Source of the DNA: an uncultured bacterium
GTDB taxonomy: Bacteria > Spirochaetota > B62-G9 > DRHN01
NCBI GenBank assembly: GCA_965603595.1
Contig: CBFDDP010000004.1
Span: 1-57,405 of the forward strand
Reading direction: 5' to 3'
DNA: 57,405 nt
This document shows, piece by piece, positions 26,854-35,924 of this stretch (position 1 is the first letter of the stretch; each line of letters starts with the position of its first letter). The position numbers and the translations under genes are program-made. The notes under the pieces were generated by a model. The model did no database searches. It was not told the DNA's origin and saw only the letters and a list, made by a program, of their open reading frames with translations.

Positions 26854-29343
26854 GTGGTAGGGATTGTCATCGTCACCCATAGCAGGGAGCTTGCCGAGTC
26901 GGTGATCGCACTGGCCGGGCAGATGCTTCGCAAGGAGGTTCCCCTTGTTGCAGCCGGTGGTGTAGACGATCTCAAGCATCCCTTTGGAACCGATGTACCA
27001 AAGATAATCGCGGCAGTGGAATCCGTATACAGTGATGACGGTGTGCTGGTGCTGATGGACATGGGAAGTGCCCTTCTCAGTGCTGAAACTGCACTCGAGT
27101 TTCTGACGGAAAAACAGAAAAACCGTGTTCTTCTCTGCGAGGCACCTCTGGTTGAGGGAGCGGTTGCAGCCGCCGTCTGTTCAGAGGGCGGCGGAACACT
27201 CGATGAGGTAGCCCGTGAAGCTCGTGGCGCATTGCAGAGTAAGAAAGAACAACTCAGGGGGGAGCCCTCGGCCATCTCCGATTCTGACATGGACGGGGTT
27301 GTGGCCAAAGTCCGTGTCACTGTACAAAATCCGCTCGGTATCCATGCACGCCCTGCAGCAGCGCTTGTTTCCACGGCTTCCCGGTTTAAATCCACGGTCA
27401 TGGTTCGGAACGCAAGCAGGGGAAGCGGTGCAGTGAACGCACGGAGCATCAACCAGGTTTCTCTGCTGGGTGTACAGCAGGGAGATGAGATTGTGCTGAG
27501 TGCATCGGGGCCTGATGCGGATACTGCACTTGCTGAGCTCAAAACACTCGTTGAGAGCGGATTCGGAGAGTCGGAGCGCCGTATCGAATTGGGTACACCT
27601 GCTGCTCGTGACAGCGATGTGTCCCGGAAAGGCGGACTGTCTGGTGTCGCCGCATCTCCGGGCGTTGCCCTTGCACCGTGCCTGCTGTTCAAACCTCATG
27701 TACATGCACTGCCCCCGCGTGAACCGCAAGAACCCGAAGAAGAGTGGGCGAAGCTCACTGCTGCCATCGATGCAGTGAAGCTGGAACTTCGTGGGATGAG
27801 GGACAGGGTAGCGGCCAGGGCAGGTGATGGTGAGGCATCCATCTTTGATGCACATCTCCTCATGCTCGACGATGAGGAGCTCCTCCGTTTAGTCCATTCG
27901 AATGTATACACAGGTAAGATGAATGCAGAGCAGTCCTGGGCTGCATCGGTGGAGGAACTTCTTCAGTCATACGGCCATCTTGATTCTTCCTATCAGCGTG
28001 AACGGGGAAGGGACCTGGAGGACTTGAGGGTGCAGGTGCTTGCAATGCTCACGGGCGGTCAATCGAGAACCTTTGAGGTCGATGATGAAGCTATTGTGAT
28101 TGCAGCCGATCTCACACCTTCCGATATCGCCCTCTTCGACACCGCGAAAATAATCGGGCTGTGTACGGCCTACGGAGGTCCCACATCCCACAGTGTAATT
28201 CTCGCGATGGCACTCGGCATTCCTGCGGTTGTAGGTCTGGGGCTCGAAATCCTCCGTGTTCCCGAGGGAAGGATGGTTGCGATAGACGGTGAAGAGGGCA
28301 CAGTGTGGGTGGATCCGGAGGACCCTGATTCGTTCAGGTCCAAAAGGAGCCGATGGTTACAGTCCCGCACAGGGCCATCAACCACTGTACGGAAAGGGGT
28401 CTCAACGGTTGACGGCAGGAAGATACGCATCGTTGCGAATATCAGCAGCCTGATGGAAGCTGAAAGGGCGGTTCAATTGGGGGCCGATGGTGTCGGTGTG
28501 CTGAGAACGGAATTCCTCTTCATGAGGCGGCCTCATGCACCGTCGGAGGAGGAACAGGCAGAAATGTACCGTTCCATAGCGGACAGGATAGGTACAGGAC
28601 CGTTCATAATCAGAACCCTTGATGCCGGTGGCGACAAGCCGCTTGCCTATGTGCCCATGACAGGGGAGGCGAATCCCTTTCTCGGGGTAAGGGGCCTGCG
28701 GCTCTCCCTTGAGCACCCGGAGCTGTTTATGGTTCAGCTGCGTGCTATCTTGAGGGCCAGTCAGGGCAGGAATGTGGGTATTCTGCTTCCCATGGTATCA
28801 TCTGCTGATGAGATCAGGGAGGCCAGGGGGTATCTCACACGGGCCCAAAGGGAACTGAAGAATGAGAATGTTCCCTTTGACGACGGGGTGAAGCTCGGCA
28901 TCATGGTTGAGGTCCCTGCTGCGGCGCTTATCGCAGAGCGTCTGGCAGGGGAGGTTGACTTCATGAGTATAGGGACCAACGACCTGAGCCAGTACGTCCT
29001 GGCTGCCGACCGTGGCAGCGAGCGGGTATCTTCCCTGTGTGATGCCCTGCATCCGGCTGTTCTCCATCTTATACAGCTGACCGCCCAAGCCTGTCATGGT
29101 TCAGGAAAATGGGCAGGGATCTGTGGAGAGGTGGCGGGGGACAGGTCTGCCTTACCGGTGTTGCTGGGACTTGGAGTCGACGAGCTGAGCATGAATCCAT
29201 ACTCCATCCCGATGATCAAGGAAGCGGTATCACAGCTCCACCTCCGGGAAGCTTCCACACTCGCAGCGGAGGCTCTGCAGCTGAGCGATCCCCGGCAGGT
29301 GAGGAGGCTGGTTTCCCAGAGGCTGGGCGCCGCATTCGAGTAG
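26854..29343 (+). CDS. dhaM: Multiphosphoryl-transfer protein: DhaM (EIIA-Man-like) + HPr + full-length PTS Enzyme I
   Basis: GIVIVTHS (EIIA-Man His), VTVQNPLGIHARPAA (HPr His15), GGPTSHSVILA (EI His) and SIGTNDLSQY (PEP-utilising C-terminal domain). Confidence 0.85.
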   Translation: MVGIVIVTHSRELAESVIALAGQMLRKEVPLVAAGGVDDLKHPFGTDVPKIIAAVESVYSDDGVLVLMDMGSALLSAETALEFLTEKQKNRVLLCEAPLVEGAVAAAVCSEGGGTLDEVAREARGALQSKKEQLRGEPSAISDSDMDGVVAKVRVTVQNPLGIHARPAAALVSTASRFKSTVMVRNASRGSGAVNARSINQVSLLGVQQGDEIVLSASGPDADTALAELKTLVESGFGESERRIELGTPAARDSDVSRKGGLSGVAASPGVALAPCLLFKPHVHALPPREPQEPEEEWAKLTAAIDAVKLELRGMRDRVAARAGDGEASIFDAHLLMLDDEELLRLVHSNVYTGKMNAEQSWAASVEELLQSYGHLDSSYQRERGRDLEDLRVQVLAMLTGGQSRTFEVDDEAIVIAADLTPSDIALFDTAKIIGLCTAYGGPTSHSVILAMALGIPAVVGLGLEILRVPEGRMVAIDGEEGTVWVDPEDPDSFRSKRSRWLQSRTGPSTTVRKGVSTVDGRKIRIVANISSLMEAERAVQLGADGVGVLRTEFLFMRRPHAPSEEEQAEMYRSIADRIGTGPFIIRTLDAGGDKPLAYVPMTGEANPFLGVRGLRLSLEHPELFMVQLRAILRASQGRNVGILLPMVSSADEIREARGYLTRAQRELKNENVPFDDGVKLGIMVEVPAAALIAERLAGEVDFMSIGTNDLSQYVLAADRGSERVSSLCDALHPAVLHLIQLTAQACHGSGKWAGICGEVAGDRSALPVLLGLGVDELSMNPYSIPMIKEAVSQLHLREASTLAAEALQLSDPRQVRRLVSQRLGAAFE

Positions 29344-29387
29344 GCAGGAGCACATATGTAAAGAATCAAAAGATCCGGGACAGTGAT

Positions 29388-30614
29388 ATGAAAAAGAGAA
29401 TCGCGATTGTCGGCACACTGGACACCAAGGGAAGAGAATATGCCTTTTTAAAACAGGCCATAGAGGAGCAGGGACTGGAGACCCTCGTCATTGACGCGGG
29501 AGTCATGGGAGAGCCGCAGCTCAAGCCGGATATCGGGCGTGACAGGACAGCCGAAGCGGGGAAGGGGTCCATCAAAGCACTGCGAAAAAAGGGCGACCGG
29601 GGTGAGGCCGTGACCGTCATGGGCCGGGGAGTATCGGTTCTGCTCCCCGAGCTCTACAGCAGCGGAATGATACATGGCGTCATTGCACTGGGAGGAGGGG
29701 GAGGGACGTCGATCGCCTGCGCGGGGATGCGGGCGCTGCCTCTCGGTGTGCCCAAGGTGATGGTCTCCACCGCTGCAGGAGGAGACGTCTCGGGATTTAT
29801 AGGCATCAAAGACATTGTTATGGTGCCGAGTATCGTTGATGTGTCGGGCATCAACAGGATAAGCAGCGGTGTTTTTCAGCGGGCCGCAGCTGCAGTGTGT
29901 GCCATGGTGGAGGCGTACGTGGATGACAAATCGGACAGGCCCCTGATAGCCGCGACCATGTTTGGCAACACCACACCTGCGGTTGAAACTGCGCGGCACA
30001 TGCTCGAGAAGTCGGGCTACGAGGTGGTCGTGTTTCCCTGTTCAGGAACAAGCGGAAGGGTGATGGAGGAGCTCATCGCTTCGGGCTACATCACCGGTGT
30101 ACTCGACATGACGACCACGGAATGGGCCGATCAGCTCGTGGGCGGGGTTCTTGCGGCCGGTGAGGAGCGTATGGACGCGGCGGCAGAGCGAGGCATCCCC
30201 CAGGTTGTTGTTCCGGGCTGCCTCGATATGGTGAACTTCTGGGAGCCCGCATCTGTTCCCGATCGGTTCAATGGAAGGACATTCTATCAGCATAACCCGA
30301 ATATTACGCTCATGAGAACATCGGTGGATGAGAACAGAGAGCTGGGCCGCATACTGACTGGGAAGCTCAACAGGAGCACCGGCAGCGTGGCGGTCTTCAT
30401 ACCGCTGAGGGGTCTGAGCATGATCGATGCTCCGGGGGGCGCTTTCTGGCTGCCCGAAGCTGATCGTGCACTGTTCGATGAGCTGAAGGAGAACCTGAGA
30501 GAGGACATACCTGTGACAGAGCTTGACTGCAACATCAACGAACCAGAATTTGCCCTTGCATGCGCGAAGGCACTGCTCGAGATGCTCCGGAATAGGCGTG
30601 GTATTGAGGGGTGA
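29388..30614 (+). CDS. UPF0261 / Tm-1-like ATP-binding protein, copy 1
   Basis: MKKRIAIVGTLDTKGREYAFLKQAIEEQGLETLVIDAGV. Full-length paralogue of 33045-34265. The ORF-track start at 29109 overlaps ptsI and is rejected. Confidence 0.75.
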   Translation: MKKRIAIVGTLDTKGREYAFLKQAIEEQGLETLVIDAGVMGEPQLKPDIGRDRTAEAGKGSIKALRKKGDRGEAVTVMGRGVSVLLPELYSSGMIHGVIALGGGGGTSIACAGMRALPLGVPKVMVSTAAGGDVSGFIGIKDIVMVPSIVDVSGINRISSGVFQRAAAAVCAMVEAYVDDKSDRPLIAATMFGNTTPAVETARHMLEKSGYEVVVFPCSGTSGRVMEELIASGYITGVLDMTTTEWADQLVGGVLAAGEERMDAAAERGIPQVVVPGCLDMVNFWEPASVPDRFNGRTFYQHNPNITLMRTSVDENRELGRILTGKLNRSTGSVAVFIPLRGLSMIDAPGGAFWLPEADRALFDELKENLREDIPVTELDCNINEPEFALACAKALLEMLRNRRGIEG

Positions 30615-30710
30615 AATTCTTTTATCGGATGTTATGAAAACTGACGAATGGTATAATAAGAGGTGTCCGAAGCACGGTGTACGTGAAGCGCTCAACAGAG
30701 GGAAGAACCG

Positions 30711-31202
30711 ATGATCGGCTATAGATTCCTGAAATCCCACTGTCTCTTCGGTGGACTCACTGAAACGGATATCGAAATGATCAGACCCCTCTTGAAGGAG
30801 GAGCAGTACGGCAGTGAGGAGATTATCGTTGAGGAGGGAGGGCAGGGTGACCGGGTATACTTCATAAGTGAGGGATCGGTTGAAGTACTCAAAAAGGTGA
30901 AGCTGTCCAAAGGTACAGTGGTGCAGAGAATAGCCACGCTCGAGGTCGGTGATACCTTCGGTGAAATGGAACTCCTCGATGTACAACCCTGCATTGCCAC
31001 GGTTCGAACGCTTGAACCCACGTCCGTTTTAACCCTCTCGAATATGAACCTGTACCGAATATCCAAGATAAATCTCAAAACCTACACTATGATCATCCTG
31101 AACCTGGCACGTGCAATCAGCAGGCGTTTACGGCGCATGGATGCACTGGTTGCCGGGTCCCTCTTTGCAGCAGAAGAGGGGAAGCGTGAGGGCTCATCCT
31201 GA
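30711..31202 (+). CDS. Stand-alone cyclic-nucleotide-binding (cNMP) domain protein
   Basis: GDRVYFISEGSVEV...GDTFGEMELLD...ATVRTLE, the beta-roll/PBC pattern of CAP-family cNMP domains. No DNA-binding domain. Confidence 0.7.
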   Translation: MIGYRFLKSHCLFGGLTETDIEMIRPLLKEEQYGSEEIIVEEGGQGDRVYFISEGSVEVLKKVKLSKGTVVQRIATLEVGDTFGEMELLDVQPCIATVRTLEPTSVLTLSNMNLYRISKINLKTYTMIILNLARAISRRLRRMDALVAGSLFAAEEGKREGSS

Positions 31203-31214
31203 CGGTTAATACCA

Positions 31215-32054
31215 TCACTTAATCTTCAGATTCTTGAATGCCGAAGCCACGTTAAGTATGGCATCCTCGAGGGGAATGCGCTCAGTGGCAGAGCCTGTCT
31301 GCAGCCCGTGTCCGTCAGTAAGGTCAAGGATCTTCTGCCCGCTCCCTGGGTCAGACAGTGCGGCACCATGGGTGAGGAGTATGATGTCCTTCTTGATCTT
31401 TCGTGCTGTGTTATACATCTCCTGTGTCCGTGCAGCCGTGTCCTTCACGGTGTCGGGGTGATCGTAGCCGATTGATCCTCCGACAGTTGTACCCGCATGG
31501 AAGATGAACACGTCAGGGTCAGCTCCTTTCATAATGCGTTCCGTTTCCGACATGTTGAAGGCATAGGCAACGGTCACCATCCCCATTTCCTTCGCAGTTT
31601 TCAGCATCTCTATCTCATTGTCATAGGTGATGCCCGTGTGTTCAAGAACATTGCGGAAGTTTCCGTCGATGAGTCCGACGGTCGGAAAGTTATTTACACC
31701 GATGATGCCGATACGCATCAGCTCCCCGAGGAAGTGAGGGATTTCCCTGGTCGGATCGTTGGCATTCACCCCGGCCATGATCGGCATGTCCCTGACAACG
31801 GGCATTATTTCTCGGGAGGCGTACTCGAACATCAGACCGTTCGCATCGGACACGGGCCACATGCCCGTCATGGACCCCGCGCCATAGCTGCGCAGTTTGA
31901 CAGCGTTGTACACGCCGGCCATGTCGCATCCTGACCGTTCCAGAAACTTGGCAACGATGCCGGAGCCGCAGCTTGCCATGAACAGTGCACGGCCTGCCTG
32001 TATTTCCTTTCGCAATCTCTCGAGAACCTCTTCCCGCGTAAATCTTCGCGCCAT
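31215..32054 (-). CDS. Phosphoenolpyruvate-hydrolase-like TIM-barrel protein (C-terminal-half equivalent of Tm-1)
   Basis: MARRFTREEVLERLRKEIQAGRALFMASCGSGIVAKFLERSGCDMAGVYN opening, typical of the PF09370-type family that partners UPF0261. GGGAGGA RBS. Confidence 0.7.
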   Translation of the reverse strand: MARRFTREEVLERLRKEIQAGRALFMASCGSGIVAKFLERSGCDMAGVYNAVKLRSYGAGSMTGMWPVSDANGLMFEYASREIMPVVRDMPIMAGVNANDPTREIPHFLGELMRIGIIGVNNFPTVGLIDGNFRNVLEHTGITYDNEIEMLKTAKEMGMVTVAYAFNMSETERIMKGADPDVFIFHAGTTVGGSIGYDHPDTVKDTAARTQEMYNTARKIKKDIILLTHGAALSDPGSGQKILDLTDGHGLQTGSATERIPLEDAILNVASAFKNLKIK

Positions 32055-32134
32055 ACTGTCCTCCCTTCACATGTGGAAAAGGCCTGTGCAGCATCCGCCG
32101 CACCGCCCCTGCTTCATACGCAGACTTTTTTTGA

Positions 32135-33025
32135 TCATACCCTGCCGGTACTTCCGAACAACTCCATAAGTGAGCGAACTGCATCGCCGATGGCTTCGTC
32201 TGTTCCACCGAACAGGTCGAAAGCACCCCCTGCCCCGAGGACCTCATATCCGGGGTACCGGGAACCGGTATTCGAAGCTCGTTCCTGTATCGAATGGAAT
32301 GCGGCCTTCTTCACGGCCCTGCCGATGTTCACCTTTCGTATACCGGCCCGGATCGCCTCTCTCATGGACTGCTCGTCCACGCTCGAGCCGGCGTGCAGCA
32401 CAAGGGGAATGTTGAGTTTTACCCCTAACCTCTCAATGAGCCCGATGTCGAGCTCGACCCCCCCCTCAAGGTCTGAGTGGCGGTTCCCGACAACCACACC
32501 GAGCGCATCGATATCCGTCTTTTGAACGAACTCCTCCGCTTCATCGGGATCGGTCATCGAAAAATCACTGCCGCGGGCGTGAGGAGCGTCAGGCGGTTCT
32601 CCCATCTCCGCCTCCACGGCAATACCACGCCCGTGGGCCTTCTTTGCAAGTGCCCCTATCTTTGCGACCCGCTTCTCATAGGGCAACCCTTCATCGCTGT
32701 ACATGACCAGGTTGAAGCCATGCTCCATTGAATCGTAGACCCAGTCGAGAAAATAGGATTCGTTGAAGATGTATGAAACAGGCACCTGGGCAGCTTCTGC
32801 GGCAGCTCTGCCGGCCTGTGCATAGGATGCGAACCAGCGAAGCTCCTCACCGAGAAATCGGGGGAGATATATACCGCTGAATCCCACGATAACAGGTGAA
32901 CGGGCAGCCTCGGCTGCTCGCAGGACTGCGATGAGCGAGTGCAGGTCCCAGGTTTCGAAATAGCCGACAGCGTAGGACCCTGCTTTCGCCTGGTCCATCA
33001 TATCGTTGAAGGGAATCAGTGGCAT
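32135..33025 (-). CDS. Class II fructose/tagatose-bisphosphate aldolase-family protein with an atypical active-site motif
   Basis: Family blocks GFNLVMYSDEG, VEAEMG, GNRH and LVLHAGSS are present. The canonical HLDH block reads IFNE (VPVSYIFNES). Confidence 0.7.
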   Translation of the reverse strand: MPLIPFNDMMDQAKAGSYAVGYFETWDLHSLIAVLRAAEAARSPVIVGFSGIYLPRFLGEELRWFASYAQAGRAAAEAAQVPVSYIFNESYFLDWVYDSMEHGFNLVMYSDEGLPYEKRVAKIGALAKKAHGRGIAVEAEMGEPPDAPHARGSDFSMTDPDEAEEFVQKTDIDALGVVVGNRHSDLEGGVELDIGLIERLGVKLNIPLVLHAGSSVDEQSMREAIRAGIRKVNIGRAVKKAAFHSIQERASNTGSRYPGYEVLGAGGAFDLFGGTDEAIGDAVRSLMELFGSTGRV

Positions 33026-33044
33026 GTCAGTCTTCTCCTCTGTG

Positions 33045-34265
33045 CTATTGTTTCACCATTGTGATGAGATGTTCTGCGGCCTCGGTAGCAAAGGCGGGAT
33101 CGTTTATGTCGAGCTCCCGAATGTGAAGGGGGATGTCCCGCCTGAGCACCTCTTTCAAAGTTTCCACATAGATACGGTCGGCCTCAGGATTGTACAACGG
33201 TCCGCCCGGGGTGGAGTAGGAGCAGAAACCCTTCATGGGTATGAACCACTCAATGGGGCCCTTCCCAGGATTTACCCGTTCGGCCTGTACCCTGGCAAGG
33301 GCCCGCAGCTCGTCCGCGTTGGTACGTACGTTGGTGTACAGTGCGCTGTGACGAACGAGCTGCCGCCCCCTGAACTTTTCGGGAATTGTTTCAGGGGGGC
33401 CATAGGTATTACAGGTCACAGCGCCGGGGCAGATAACCTGCGGTATGCCCAAGCTTGTCGCCACGGTCATGCGCTCGGAGGTTGCCGCGAGGTAGCCGCC
33501 GAGCATCTCCTGAATCACCTCGATGGTGGCTAGATCGAGCACCCCGTTGATCTGTCCCTCTTTCATGAGTGATTCCATTGCCCTGCCGCCGGTCCCCACT
33601 GCATGGAAGACGATGGTGTCGAATCCGGCCTCACCCAGTACTTCCTTTGCCTTCATCGCACCGGGCGTGGTTATGCCGACAGTGGTAATCGCAATGAGGG
33701 ACTGTTCCCGTTCCGCAGCTTCGATTTCCGTCCGGGCCATTCCCGCGATAGCGCCTGCGGCACGCCCGAGTATTTTACGGCTCACCCTGTTCAGTCCCAT
33801 GATATCTGCGACCGAAAACATCATGGTGATGTCCTTGATTCCCACGAGATTCGAGGTATTGCCCGAAGCCATGGTGGAGACGAGGAGCTTGGGGAATCCC
33901 ACGGGAAGCTCCTGCATGACGAGCGCTGCAAGTGTACTTCCCTGCGTGCCACCGCATGATATGATTCCGTGTACCTTTCCTGATGCGAGCAGTTCATTTA
34001 CGACTACTGCAGCCCCCCGTGCCATAACCGGAGATATCCTCTCCCGTGTGGGGCCTTCGGCAAAAAGCGCGTTAAAGTCCTCGCCTGCTGCTTTTGCAAC
34101 CTCACGCCTCGTTATATCGGGGTCGAAGAGCGGCGGATTGATCACGCCCACATCCACGGTGAGTGTGCTACAGCCCGCCTTCTCGATATGCCTCCTGATA
34201 AAGGTGTATTCCTCACCTTTCGTGTCCATACAGCCGAGAATGACGATTCTCCTCTTCATAGACAC
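33045..34265 (-). CDS. UPF0261 / Tm-1-like ATP-binding protein, copy 2
   Basis: MSMKRRIVILGCMDTKGEEYTFIRRHIEKAGCSTLTVDVGV. AGGAGG RBS. First gene of a minus-strand three-gene operon. Confidence 0.75.
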   Translation of the reverse strand: MSMKRRIVILGCMDTKGEEYTFIRRHIEKAGCSTLTVDVGVINPPLFDPDITRREVAKAAGEDFNALFAEGPTRERISPVMARGAAVVVNELLASGKVHGIISCGGTQGSTLAALVMQELPVGFPKLLVSTMASGNTSNLVGIKDITMMFSVADIMGLNRVSRKILGRAAGAIAGMARTEIEAAEREQSLIAITTVGITTPGAMKAKEVLGEAGFDTIVFHAVGTGGRAMESLMKEGQINGVLDLATIEVIQEMLGGYLAATSERMTVATSLGIPQVICPGAVTCNTYGPPETIPEKFRGRQLVRHSALYTNVRTNADELRALARVQAERVNPGKGPIEWFIPMKGFCSYSTPGGPLYNPEADRIYVETLKEVLRRDIPLHIRELDINDPAFATEAAEHLITMVKQ

Positions 34266-34439
34266 CCTCCTGGCAAAACCTCACCTCATTTTTATCATGA
34301 TACAGGTTATTGTCAATGCTTTACTTGCCATAAAGGGTGTCGATGTGGTGACAACCTCCCTTCGTCTCGATGTACATAGGTCAACAGGTGGCAACACAGG
34401 TTTGGTGGAGTTTGCCACGTACGGTACGCCTGTCAGGGA

Positions 34440-35819
34440 TTAGTGCAACAGAGAGTCCCTTAAGGATTGTATCAGCAGATGCACCTGCCTGGTAAAATGG
34501 TTGAGAGCAAAGGGCTTTTCAATAACCCCGGCAGCTCCCTCTTTGAGCAGCTTCCGGGTCGATCGATCATTGGGGAATCCCGTAATAATAAGGACCTTGA
34601 CCTGCGGGTTTATATTTTGTAATTGACGGTAACATTCCAGACCGCCCATGCAGGGCATGACCACATCGAGTATCACGAGGTCGATGTCATCTGCGTACTT
34701 CTCATATATGCGGAGTGCCTTCCGGCCGTCTTCGGAGACAAGGGGGTTGTACCCACAGTTCTTCAAAATGCTCACGGCAAGCTCCCTGACCTGTTTTTCG
34801 TCCTCGACCAGAAGAATGGTCCCACTACCCCTCACAAGGGCCGGTATGACTGTCTCCTCTTCCTCATGCTGCGCTGTGCCATCAATGGCGGGAAGATATA
34901 CCTCAAAGGTGCTTCCTCCTCCCACCGTGCTTCTGATATCGATAAACCCGCCGTGCTTCTGAACAATGCCGTAGACAACCGAGAGACCGAGGCCCGTTCC
35001 TGACCGATCGCCCTTGGTGGTGAAGAAGGGTTCGAAGAGCCGCTCCAGAACCTCGGGGGTCATGCCTGTACCGTTGTCCGTTATGCTGAGTCGAACATAC
35101 TTTCCCGGCTGTGCGTTGAAGTGATGCAGTGCTCCTGTTTTGTCAAGAAGCACGTTGTCAGTCTCGAGGAGGATGACACCGTCTTCCTGAAATTCGTCTG
35201 ATGTTTCGCTGTTCAGTGTATCCTCAATGGCATCCCGGGCATTCACACAGAGGTTCATGATCATACGGCTTAACTGGGAATTATCAGCCTCGATGATGCT
35301 CAGGCCCGGGTACAGCTTCGTCCTCAATTCTATATCCGGGGGAAGCGTTCCTTTCAGGAGATTGTTTGTTTCCTCGATGAGCGTATTCAGGTTAAGCGGC
35401 ATTGACTTACTGGATGCCTGGCGTGTAAAGAGGCGCAGCTGATTGGTGAAGTCTTTTCCCCTGTCGCAGGCTATCTTTATCTGCATCAGGCTATTGTACA
35501 GCTCACTGTCGGGTGAGAGAGACAGCAGTTCCAGCTCTGTAAACCCGTTTATTACCTGGAGCAGGTTGTTGAAATCGTGCACAATACCGCCTGCAAGGTT
35601 GCCAAGCGCTTCGAGTTTCAGCGCCTGCTTGAACTGGGAGGTGAGCCTCCTCTGCTCATTCAACCCCTCGATGCGGTATCCATTATTCGGTTCAGCAGTG
35701 TCAGGAAGGACCGTTTTAGTGATTTCTTTGCAGAGCTCTGTTTGGCCATCATGGATACGTTTCATGATGGTACGCAGCTGTTCTTTTGTGACGAGGGGAC
35801 GGTAGAGCTGTTCTATCAT
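34440..35819 (-). CDS. Cytoplasmic hybrid sensor histidine kinase / response regulator
   Basis: H-box GGIVHDFNNLL, N-box NLCVNARDA, G-boxes DNGTGM and GTGLGLS. C-terminal canonical REC (LLVEDE, LVILDVVMP, IITG, EKPF). No TM helices. The start is uncertain (35819 or GTG 35885). Confidence 0.8.
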   Translation of the reverse strand: MIEQLYRPLVTKEQLRTIMKRIHDGQTELCKEITKTVLPDTAEPNNGYRIEGLNEQRRLTSQFKQALKLEALGNLAGGIVHDFNNLLQVINGFTELELLSLSPDSELYNSLMQIKIACDRGKDFTNQLRLFTRQASSKSMPLNLNTLIEETNNLLKGTLPPDIELRTKLYPGLSIIEADNSQLSRMIMNLCVNARDAIEDTLNSETSDEFQEDGVILLETDNVLLDKTGALHHFNAQPGKYVRLSITDNGTGMTPEVLERLFEPFFTTKGDRSGTGLGLSVVYGIVQKHGGFIDIRSTVGGGSTFEVYLPAIDGTAQHEEEETVIPALVRGSGTILLVEDEKQVRELAVSILKNCGYNPLVSEDGRKALRIYEKYADDIDLVILDVVMPCMGGLECYRQLQNINPQVKVLIITGFPNDRSTRKLLKEGAAGVIEKPFALNHFTRQVHLLIQSLRDSLLH

Positions 35820-35924
35820 AGGGCACCCGTTTGTATATATTCTCCACGCACCTATATTTTCGGTATGGGCGGGGAAAAAATACACCCCCAGATCTTATGT
35901 ATGATAGATTCCTAGAGGTTTGTT

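Noticed and set aside
26760-27692. 310-aa minus-strand ORF; also 26236-26979 and 27181-27855
   Set aside because: They are antisense to dhaL and to the DhaM-HPr-EI gene, which carry unambiguous catalytic motifs. Their composition (Ser/Ala/Thr/Pro/Arg runs) is that of shadow frames.
30629-30657. Extended -10 promoter-like sequence (TGgTATAAT, with TATAAT at 30652-30657) about 55 nt upstream of the cNMP-domain gene
   Set aside because: The -35 hexamer at 17-nt spacing reads ATGTTA, which is weak. With only the extended -10 supporting it, I did not call it as a feature.
30042-30986. 314-aa minus-strand ORF
   Set aside because: It is antisense to the end of UPF0261 copy 1 and to the cNMP-domain gene, both of which have clear family signatures.
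33523-34443. 306-aa plus-strand ORF
   Set aside because: It is antisense to UPF0261 copy 2, has a low-complexity Ser/Ala/Pro/Thr composition and has no RBS.
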